Shown: in pieces, positions 57,162 through 64,000 of the stretch | Numbering within the stretch: the first letter of the stretch is position 1 | How the letters are laid out: each line of letters opens with the position of its first letter | Assembly: GCA_963725225.1 (NCBI GenBank) | Contig: CAVRXY010000016.1 | Location: 91,185-155,184 of the forward strand | Direction: 5' to 3' | Source of the DNA: an uncultured Acidobacteriaceae bacterium | GTDB taxonomy: Bacteria > Acidobacteriota > Terriglobia > Terriglobales > Acidobacteriaceae | DNA: 64,000 nt | Position numbers and translations under genes: made by a program | Notes under the pieces: model-generated | The model's input: the letters and a program-made list of their open reading frames with translations, nothing else | What the model was told of the DNA's origin: nothing | The model's database searches: none

Positions 57162-57716
57162 TGGCCATTCTCCCTTCTGGCGCCGATGCTCGCGCGCATG
57201 GTGGCCGTCCTCCGCGTGCCCTTTCTCAGTGGAGTGACCGGGCCGCAGCACCTCCAGCAGCCTCTCCACCAGCCCCGGAGTATCCATCACCGCCTCCAGC
57301 AGCAGCAGGCAGTCGCGCGTGTCCTTGTGCCGCGCCAGCGCCAGCAGCGCCTGCCTCAGCTGCGGATCGCGCCGGAAGCGCTCCGCCCCGCTCACCAGCC
57401 AGAGGTCCAGCTTGTCTTCCAGGGTCCGCGCGTCGCTGAGCAACTCCGCGTGATAGCCGTCCGGGTCATCCACCAGATATCCCGGATGCACCTTGAAGAA
57501 CTTCGCCAGCAGTTGCCGCGTGGTGTTGGTCAGGTGGGGCCGCGCGCCGCTCTCGATCTGCGAAAGATAGCTCTGGCTGAGCGAGGCCTTCAGTCCCGAG
57601 TCTTTGATCTCAGCCCGGATCGCTCTGACCAGTTCCTGCTGTGTCATCGCCCGGTCCAGGCCGCGAAGATTGCCTTCCACTTCGCGCAGATACCGGAGTT
57701 TTTCGCCGAGCTTCAT
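57162..57716 (-). CDS. XRE-type HTH regulator; as given it has no stop and runs in frame into the NfeD gene
   Basis: MTQQELVRAIRAEIK...LSQSYLSQIESGARPHLTNTTRQLLAKFFKV. The +1 frame ends with TGA overlapping the NfeD ATG (caATGAcg). Confidence 0.6.
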
Positions 57717-57745
57717 GGCTGCTTCGCTTCCGGATCGCTCTAATC

Positions 57746-57784
57746 CTAATTGCAATCCGCGATAATCATATCGCTAATTGCGAT
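57746..57784. promoter_or_regulatory. direct repeats CTAATTGCAAT / CTAATTGCGAT flanking the palindrome GCGATA-ATCA-TATCGC, upstream of the XRE gene
   Basis: Repeats at 57746-57756 and 57774-57784; palindrome at 57759-57774. The cluster lies 30-68 bp upstream of the start at 57716. Confidence 0.4.
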
Positions 57785-57860
57785 ATTGGCAAGCAAACGT
57801 TGGTAACCAGGGCTAAACATCACGCGCTCAAGAAGTCACTTGCGGGAAATAGTTACCGGG

Positions 57861-58379
57861 CTAGGGCCGCGGCTTGTCGAGAAAGCTGAATAGATCTGCC
57901 AATTCAACGTAGATGGGCGTTCCCGGGACCTCCAGGCGCGATGCCGAAGTCCAAACATTCGACACGCACATGCGGCCGGTTCTCGTTTTGGGATCGATCA
58001 GCCAGACCGTCTCAACGCCCATGTTCACATAGTCGCGACTGCGGTCCTCTGTCTCAGAATATGTATCGTCCGGCGACAGAATCTCAACAATCAGCAGGGG
58101 CGGAGCGACAATCACAGGCGGCTGCGGGCCTGCCACCACGACAATCAGATCCGGCACGCGCACTCTGGTCGACGAAGTCCGGGTCCGCTGCTCGGTCGAA
58201 GCCATGATTCCCCAACCCGACTCGTGCTCGAGGAACCATGCTGTCAATAACGCCTGAACTCTTGCGTGCTCCCACTTACCCACGTTTCGCTCCCGGACCT
58301 CCCCGTCAACGTACTCACGGTCAGGCCGGTACGACGTGTTCAGATATTCAGTAATCGAGATCTGCGTCGGTGTGGCCAT
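57861..58379 (-). CDS. Uma2-family (DUF820) endonuclease-like protein
   Basis: ITEYLNTSYRPDREYVDGEVRERNVGKWEHARVQ ... PDLIVV ... PLLIVEILSPDD is the restriction-endonuclease-like PD-(D/E)xK pattern. Confidence 0.7.
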   Translation of the reverse strand: MATPTQISITEYLNTSYRPDREYVDGEVRERNVGKWEHARVQALLTAWFLEHESGWGIMASTEQRTRTSSTRVRVPDLIVVVAGPQPPVIVAPPLLIVEILSPDDTYSETEDRSRDYVNMGVETVWLIDPKTRTGRMCVSNVWTSASRLEVPGTPIYVELADLFSFLDKPRP

Positions 58380-58400
58380 TCGTCTGCCTTGTGACTGAGT

Positions 58401-59318
58401 TTAACCCAGCAGCCTTTCCACCCGCTCCATCAGCCCCTGCGCATCAAAAGGAGCCCGCACCTTCGCATCATTATCGAAGTACACATATACATCGCGGCCG
58501 CCGGGTGCCCCACGTCCCGATTCTGGGACGTGGGATGATGAAGCGGTCATCGCGCTTGCGTGTGCTCCTGCCGCCTCGCCGCCGGTCGCCCAGGCAACAA
58601 CACGCTCCGCCCATTTGTCGAGAGCCTGCGGGTCGTACCCGCTCGCATACAGCACTTCCGAGCCATGCAGCCGGCAGTAGACGAAATCCGCCGTCACATC
58701 CATCAGCAGCGGCCATTCCACAGTGTCTGCGCACACTAACGCAATCCGATGCCTGCGCAACAGCGCGATGAATTCTTCGCTCACGAAGCTCTGGTGCCGG
58801 ATCTCGATCGCATGCCGGACGGGTCCATCCATTTCCGGCTCGAAAAATGCCCGCCCCGCCAGCCGTACATCGTGGCCTGTAGCCAGGTCGGCTGCCTGCT
58901 GCATCGTCCGCGGCAGCAGTTTGAAGAAGCTCTCCAGCACATCCGGCCGGAAACTGAAATTCGGCGGAAGCTGCCACAGGATCGGCCCCAGCTTCGGCCC
59001 GAGTGCCAGCAGGCCGGAGGCAAAGAAGTTCGCCAGCGCAATCTCCACGTTGCGCAGCTTCAGCATGTGCGTGATGAAGCGTGAGCCCTTCACGGCAAAG
59101 ACGAAATCCTCCGGCGTCTCCGCCCGCCAGAGCTGATAGCTCGTCGGTCTTTGCAATGAGTAGAAGCTGCCGTTGATCTCGACCGTCGGAAACACCTGCC
59201 CGCAGTAATGCAGCTCCTTTTTCTGCGTCAGCCTGGCCGGATAGAACACGCCGCGCCACGGCGCGTATCTCCACCCGGAAACCCCAATACGGATTTTGCC
59301 CGCCTGTATGCAGTTCAT
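58401..59318 (-). CDS. DUF72 (YecE-like) protein
   Basis: IRIGVSGWRYAPWRGVFYP ... VEINGSFYSL ... FVFAVKGSRFITH ... YVYFDND. Confidence 0.8.
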   Translation of the reverse strand: MNCIQAGKIRIGVSGWRYAPWRGVFYPARLTQKKELHYCGQVFPTVEINGSFYSLQRPTSYQLWRAETPEDFVFAVKGSRFITHMLKLRNVEIALANFFASGLLALGPKLGPILWQLPPNFSFRPDVLESFFKLLPRTMQQAADLATGHDVRLAGRAFFEPEMDGPVRHAIEIRHQSFVSEEFIALLRRHRIALVCADTVEWPLLMDVTADFVYCRLHGSEVLYASGYDPQALDKWAERVVAWATGGEAAGAHASAMTASSSHVPESGRGAPGGRDVYVYFDNDAKVRAPFDAQGLMERVERLLG

Positions 59319-59486
59319 CCCTTGCTTCCTCGGTGGAATGCCAGACCGGCCTGTCGAGGTAAATGCTGTCAAGAGCAGCGCACCGGCTCCAGCGCATAAT
59401 CCTTATGGATGCAGAAAGATAGGCTCAATAAGAGTTGGCCGAGTATATCCGCGAAACTTCTAAAATAGAACTATAGGGAAATTTTG

Positions 59487-59515
59487 AAAAGGCGCAGCTT
59501 TGGCTGCGCCTTTTT
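59487..59515. terminator. strong hairpin with flanking A/T tracts located between divergently transcribed genes
   Basis: aaaaGGCGCAGC-tttg-GCTGCGCCttttt. Neither neighbouring gene (58401-59318 minus, 59580-59939 plus) is transcribed into it from upstream. Confidence 0.6.
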
Positions 59516-59579
59516 CATTTGAGGTGTCCACCCCCATGGCGGCCTCGTTCCCTTAAATCTGCTCCAAAGGAAACATCGA

Positions 59580-59939
59580 ATGAGCAATTTCTTTCAGAAG
59601 TTAGGCGTTGGTGTCGCGGACTTCGGCAAATGGCTCGCCACTGCGGTCAAGGACACGGTAAGCCTCGCCGCCCGGATCGAAAAGATCCTCAAGGCCGAAC
59701 AGCCGCTCGCCAAGCCCTTTGTCTCCAGCCTGTCGACCGTCGTTGCCGACGTCGAGGCGCTGATCGGCTCCTCCGAATCCGCTCTCACCGCGAACGGTCT
59801 CAACTTCTCCGCCGACTCGCAGGTCTACCAGCAGTTCGTCACCCTCATCGCCGATTTCAAAAAGCTGGCGCCTATCGTCGAGGAAGCGGTCAGCATCCTC
59901 GAGGGCAAGACACCCGCAGCCAGCCCCGCAGCCAAGTAG
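59580..59939 (+). CDS. hypothetical helical protein (119 aa)
   Basis: ATG with AAAGGAAA upstream. No motif recognised. Confidence 0.5.
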   Translation: MSNFFQKLGVGVADFGKWLATAVKDTVSLAARIEKILKAEQPLAKPFVSSLSTVVADVEALIGSSESALTANGLNFSADSQVYQQFVTLIADFKKLAPIVEEAVSILEGKTPAASPAAK

Positions 59940-60193
59940 CCGAGCTCCACGGCCCGCCCGGAGCCTCAAATCCGGGTACACACCCCTTCATCACTTGCGT
60001 CTTCCGCTGCACCCTTGGGAAATACAAAGCCATTCGAATGAAACGGTTACAAGCTTGTGCCCTGAAATGAATGAGTTGCAAACTATAACCGCCAAGTAGC
60101 TATAGAAAGAATCAGTTACAAACTACAGGAAAAACGAGGGGGAGGGGGGTATGCCGCTGCCAGCCCTCCAAATACGATGTACTCTGGGATCGC

Positions 60194-61030
60194 ATGAGCA
60201 CACCGGAATTTTCCCTCTGGATATTCCTCAGCTCGATCATCGCTGGCCTGCTCGGCTCGCTCACCGGTCTGGGCGGCGGGGTGGTCATCGTACCGGCGCT
60301 TACCGTCCTCTTTCACGTCGACATTCATTACGCCATCGGAGCATCGCTCGTCTCGGTCATCGCCACCTCCTCTGGAGCGGCCGCCGCCTACGTACGCGAG
60401 GGCTACTCGAACATCCGCATCGGCATGTTCCTGGAGATCGCCACCACGCTCGGTGCCCTCGTCGGAGCCTGGCTCACTACCCGGGTGCCCACCCACGCCA
60501 TCGGCATCATCTTCGGAGTAGTGCTGCTCTACTCCGCCTACGCCTCGCTGCGAATGAAACATCGTGAACACGGAGCCGACAAGCCCGACCCGCTGGCCAC
60601 GCGCCTTCGCATGAGTGGAACCATGCCGACGGCCGAGGGGCCTGAGCCCTACGTTGCCCAACGTGTTCCCGCAGGCTTCAGCCTCATGTTTCTGGCCGGA
60701 TCGCTCTCGGGCCTGCTCGGCATCGGCTCGGGCGCAGTAAAGGTGCTGGCCATGGACCAGGCTATGCGGTTGCCCTTCAAGGTATCCACGACGACCAGCA
60801 ACTTCATGATCGGGGTGACGGCGGCGGCCAGCGCCGGCATCTATCTCAGCCGCGGCTATATCTCGCCGGGACTGGCGATGCCGGTAATGTTGGGCGTCCT
60901 CGGCGGTTCACTTATTGGCTCCAAAATACTGGTTCATGCGCGGGTGCAGCTCCTGCGTATCATCTTCGCGATAGTCATCGTCGCGCTTGGGCTGGAGATG
61001 ATGATCAACAGCATTGCGGGAAAGCTATAG
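60194..61030 (+). CDS. TauE/SafE-family (DUF81) anion exporter
   Basis: Two internally repeated 4-TM halves and LTGLGGGVVIVP / LLGIGSGAVKV motifs. Confidence 0.8.
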   Translation: MSTPEFSLWIFLSSIIAGLLGSLTGLGGGVVIVPALTVLFHVDIHYAIGASLVSVIATSSGAAAAYVREGYSNIRIGMFLEIATTLGALVGAWLTTRVPTHAIGIIFGVVLLYSAYASLRMKHREHGADKPDPLATRLRMSGTMPTAEGPEPYVAQRVPAGFSLMFLAGSLSGLLGIGSGAVKVLAMDQAMRLPFKVSTTTSNFMIGVTAAASAGIYLSRGYISPGLAMPVMLGVLGGSLIGSKILVHARVQLLRIIFAIVIVALGLEMMINSIAGKL

Positions 61031-61038
61031 AGGGCGGG

Positions 61039-61411
61039 ATGCAGGTAACAGATCAGAAGCTCGAAATTGCCATTGGCCGTATGCTACAGGCCGGAGTTCT
61101 TGCTTGCGGCAGCGGTCGTCTTCATCGGAGGCGTGCTCTACCTGCGCCAGCAAACCGGCCCACGCCCGGATTACAGCCACTTCACCGGCGTCGCTGAGAG
61201 ACTACGCTCACCTGCTGAGATCGTGACCAATGCGTTCCACGGAAGAGCCCGGAGCATCATCCAGCTCGGCCTGCTTCTGCTGATCGCCACGCCGATCGCT
61301 CGAGTGGTCCTTGCTGCCGTCGGGTTCGCATTCGAGCGCGATCATCTCTATGTCTGCGTGAGCCTGATCGTGCTTGCGGTACTTCTCTACAGCCTGTGGC
61401 ACGCGTTCTGA
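61039..61411 (+). CDS. DUF1634-family membrane protein, reading frame broken near 61088-61100
   Basis: MQVTDQKLEIAIGRMLQAGV (frame 1) continues as LLAAAVVFIGGVLYL...LLLLIATPIARVVLAAVGFAFERDHLY (frame 2). It is the usual partner of TauE/DUF81 genes. Confidence 0.65.
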
Positions 61412-61419
61412 TGTGCGGC

Positions 61420-62184
61420 TCAGGCTTCGAGCGTCACGGCGGACTCGAGGACGCGGTCGAGGAACGGCTGGAAATCCGGCGCATCGGCCCGCACATCCTG
61501 GAAAACCCACCCAGCCAGCAGCAGCACCGGCGCCGGACCCGGATCGGTTGACGCCAGGCTGCCCAAGGTGGTCACCGTGATCTGTTGGTCGGGCTGCGCC
61601 GCCTGTGAGATGGCCACACAGGGCAGATTGGACGGCACGCCGGCGGCCGCCCACTCCGCGGCCAGCCCGGAGAAATCACGACCGGGCATATAGACAATGC
61701 GCGTCGGCTCGGAAATTTCGGGTGCGCCTCCGGTCGCGTGATGGCCCGAACTGAAAACAATACTCGATGAAACGCGCCGGTCGGTTAGTGAGCACTGCAG
61801 CGAGGCAGCCGCGGCGAAAGCAGCTGTAATGCCGGGAACAACCTCATACGGGATTCCAGCCTCGCGCAGCGCATCTATTTCTTCGCCAGCGCGACCGAAA
61901 ACGAGAGGATCGCCGCTCTTGAGGCGCACAATCGAGACTCCTTGCGAAGCCTTCTCGATCATGAGCTGGTTGATCTCCGCCTGTGTGATCTTCTTCGCTC
62001 CGCAGCGTTTGCCAACGTTGACGGTGAGAGCGCGCGGGCTTGCCAGCGCCAATACAGCGGCCGGAACGAGATCGTCATGGAGAACAATCTCGGCGGTGAC
62101 CAGCAAACGAGCCGCTTTGACGGTAAGCAGATCGGGGTCGCCGGGACCAGCGCCAACGAGATAAACCTTGCCAGGCGATCTCAC
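61420..62184 (-). CDS. cobA: uroporphyrinogen-III C-methyltransferase (SUMT)
   Basis: VYLVGAGPGDPDLLTVKAARLL ... RLKSGDPLVFGRAGEE ... VVPGITAA. Confidence 0.9.
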   Translation of the reverse strand: MRSPGKVYLVGAGPGDPDLLTVKAARLLVTAEIVLHDDLVPAAVLALASPRALTVNVGKRCGAKKITQAEINQLMIEKASQGVSIVRLKSGDPLVFGRAGEEIDALREAGIPYEVVPGITAAFAAAASLQCSLTDRRVSSSIVFSSGHHATGGAPEISEPTRIVYMPGRDFSGLAAEWAAAGVPSNLPCVAISQAAQPDQQITVTTLGSLASTDPGPAPVLLLAGWVFQDVRADAPDFQPFLDRVLESAVTLEA

Positions 62185-62804
62185 GCGAGAACCTCCTTGT
62201 GCTCAAGAGCCAGTTTGCGGGCGGGGCATTCCCGCGAATCGCAGACCTCGCGGTACGCAAGCTGGTGCAGCAGAAGCTTGCGATCGTCGCCGGCCGGATG
62301 GGCAGCGATCACCTCGCGGCGAAGCTCGCCCAGGTCGCGCAGCCACGGGCCTAGATCGTCAGGCAATTGCTCGTCGATCTCGCGACGAAGCCGCTGCGCC
62401 AATGCCGGGCTTTCTCCGGCCGTCGAAATGGCGATCTGAAGCTCTCCACGACTCACGATTGATCCGAAGTAGAAGTCGCAGTGCGGGGGGTCGTCGACGG
62501 AGTTGCACAGCATGTTGCGCTCGACAGCTCCGCAATAGACAGCGGAATTCACACCGGGGTCGTCCGTGGCCGCAATCACAAGGAAAGTTTCGTTCAGATC
62601 AGAGTCGGTAAATTCGCGCTCTATAACTTCAATACGGCCTTCGTTTGCCAGCTCGGCGATCTCTGGCCTGATGCGAGGAGCAATCACGCGAAGACGAGCC
62701 TCGGCAGCGAGCAGAGACGGTATCTTCTGCATCGCAACCTCACCTGCTCCCACAAGGAGGCATGGGCGACCGGCCAGTTTCACGAAGATAGGCAGTAAGC
62801 TCAT
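62181..62804 (-). CDS. precorrin-2 dehydrogenase / sirohydrochlorin ferrochelatase (SirC/CysG N-domain type)
   Basis: LPIFVKLAGRPCLLVGAGEVA Rossmann start and NSVDDPPHCDFYFGSIV. A 4-bp overlap with cobA. Confidence 0.8.
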   Translation of the reverse strand: MSLLPIFVKLAGRPCLLVGAGEVAMQKIPSLLAAEARLRVIAPRIRPEIAELANEGRIEVIEREFTDSDLNETFLVIAATDDPGVNSAVYCGAVERNMLCNSVDDPPHCDFYFGSIVSRGELQIAISTAGESPALAQRLRREIDEQLPDDLGPWLRDLGELRREVIAAHPAGDDRKLLLHQLAYREVCDSRECPARKLALEHKEVLA

Positions 62805-62849
62805 AGATGTCTCTAATCGCCGTCGTAGGCCATTGCAGGCACGTCACGG

Positions 62850-64000
62850 TCAACAGCGCCCAGCAGTCTCGCCAGCTAACCGCGCACGGATCTCTTCCGC
62901 TTCGTGGCGGGAGAAGTAGGAGCGGAGGTTCTCGCCGGGTTCGCGCTCCTCGAGGTAACTGGCCAGCAGGCGTTCGAGGGCTGCTGGAACCTCGGTGGCA
63001 GGAACACGATAACCAACCGGCCGACCGATGGCGGCGTGTTTGCCAACGGCTCCGCCTACACAGAAATAGTATGCGTCAACCATCCGGCCATCGTGTTTTA
63101 TTTTTTTGCCTTCGAGACCGATGTCGGCGATCCAGTGCTGGCCGCAGCTATTGGGGCAGCCGGTCACATGCAACTTGAGTTGCTGGTCGAAGGCGGGGAG
63201 GCGTCCCTCTAGTTCTTCAACTAGCCACCGGGTGAAGCTCTTTGTTTCGCTGATGGCAAGCTTGCAGAATTCGGTGCCGGTGCAGGCGATCGCCCCGCGC
63301 CAGAATGTCGAGCCCTCCACGTGCAGTCCAATCTTCTCGAGCTCGCCTGCCAGCTCTCTGGTTCTTTGGTTCGGAATGTTGATGAAGAGCAGATTCTGCA
63401 TGATCGTCGTACGGAGCTGGCCGTCGCCGAAGCGCTCAGCAAGCTCCGCGGCCGCAGCCAGCTGATCTCCGGAAAGACGTCCGCGCAGAACGGAGGCTCC
63501 GACATAGCTGAGGCCCGGCTGCTTCTGCGGATGGATGCCGACATGGTCGCGCATAACGTCTTCGGGAGCGATTTCCCGAGGAGCAGGATCGAAACTGTAT
63601 CCGATCCGGTGCTCGATTTCGCCGAGAAATCTCTCTGGGGTCCAGCCCTCTCGGGTGAAGAGATGCTTCAGGCGTGCCCGATCACGGCTCTCACGAAGAC
63701 CCTGCTGGTCTCGAAAGATGCGTGTGATCGTGCGGGCAACGTCGACAACTTCTCCGCGCGGGATAAAGGCATTGAGCCTAACCGCGAGATGAGGATCGCT
63801 CGAAAGGCCACCACCTACCCTCACCGTGTAGCCGACTTCATCGCCCCGACGGATCGCCGTGAAGGCAACGTCGTTGATCTCCGGGATAGGAGCACCAAAC
63901 CGGGCAGCCGGTCGCGGACATCTTGAACTTGCGCGGCAGATTGTAGAACTCAGGATTCGCGACGAGAGCATGGGCCAGTTCCTGGGCCAGCGGCGAGGCG
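62850..64000 (-). CDS. ferredoxin-type sulfite/nitrite reductase (sirohaem/4Fe-4S), N-terminus outside the window, frame broken at ~63883
   Basis: CTGTEFCKLAISETK and VTGCPNSCGQHWIADIGLEG cluster motifs. Upstream text ...EFYNLPRKFKMSATGCPVWCSYP continues in another frame as PEINDVAFTA... Confidence 0.85.
   Translation of the reverse strand, partial: PRRWPRNWPMLSSRILSSTICRASSRCPRPAARFGAPIPEINDVAFTAIRRGDEVGYTVRVGGGLSSDPHLAVRLNAFIPRGEVVDVARTITRIFRDQQGLRESRDRARLKHLFTREGWTPERFLGEIEHRIGYSFDPAPREIAPEDVMRDHVGIHPQKQPGLSYVGASVLRGRLSGDQLAAAAELAERFGDGQLRTTIMQNLLFINIPNQRTRELAGELEKIGLHVEGSTFWRGAIACTGTEFCKLAISETKSFTRWLVEELEGRLPAFDQQLKLHVTGCPNSCGQHWIADIGLEGKKIKHDGRMVDAYYFCVGGAVGKHAAIGRPVGYRVPATEVPAALERLLASYLEEREPGENLRSYFSRHEAEEIRARLAGETAGRC

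Noticed and set aside
55521-57743. A 740-aa plus-strand ORF, the longest unexplained ORF in the track
   Set aside because: It lies entirely antisense to the flotillin, NfeD and XRE genes. It is Leu/Arg/His-rich and low in complexity, with no motifs or RBS. It is an artefact of EA-repeat coding on the opposite strand.
58471-59397. A 308-aa minus-strand ORF overlapping the DUF72 gene in another frame
   Set aside because: The DUF72 frame carries the conserved family motifs. The alternative frame is Arg/Ala/Gly-rich with no features.

Overview
The window is a 64-kb chromosomal segment, roughly 58-60% GC by eye. Its gene content looks Acidobacteria-like: GH38-type hydrolases beside a CarboxypepD_reg-type TonB-dependent receptor, a CRTAC1/ASPIC-UnbV plus TPR pair, and RhaT-type permeases. 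That taxonomic call is an inference, not a search result.

Layout:
(i) 1-7.4 kb. A sigma-54 activator gene is followed by enhancer-like palindromes, a sigma-54 promoter and a small hexapeptide-repeat ORF. This ORF is convergent with a three-gene operon of HlyD-type periplasmic adaptor proteins. One adaptor is fused to a PqqD/RRE-like segment plus an M50 site-2-protease core, and one is fused to three GAF-like domains. No pump gene is present. This is my top candidate for an undescribed peptide processing/export or signalling system.
(ii) 7.7-36.1 kb. A large mannoside/mannose utilisation locus holds three GH38-like paralogues, a TonB-dependent receptor, two RhaT-like permeases, a ROK kinase, SDRs, UxuA-type dehydratases, an RraA-like aldolase, a phosphomannose isomerase, and GntR and DeoR regulators. 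An identical 13-bp operator-like motif is reused at its promoters.
(iii) 36.3-40.9 kb. A degraded integrative island lies at tRNA-Val(GAC), with an intact tyrosine integrase plus excisionase-like HTH, an older integrase remnant, and a high-GC decayed interior.
(iv) 41.2-48.2 kb. pgsA-like gene and a complete iscRSUA-hscBA-fdx-iscX operon.
(v) 48.2-53.3 kb. YraN, an AMP-ligase/carrier/acyltransferase tri-domain gene, and an RNB ribonuclease.
(vi) 53.4-57.8 kb. An FNT channel and an XRE-NfeD-flotillin-PspA membrane-stress module.
(vii) 57.9-64 kb. Uma2, DUF72, TauE/DUF1634, sirohaem synthesis genes and a sulfite/nitrite reductase (partial).

No rRNA, CRISPR array or transposase was seen. About ten otherwise recognisable genes carry frame disruptions. 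This is either an assembly-quality problem or unusual gene decay. All family assignments come from motif recognition by eye; no database was searched.
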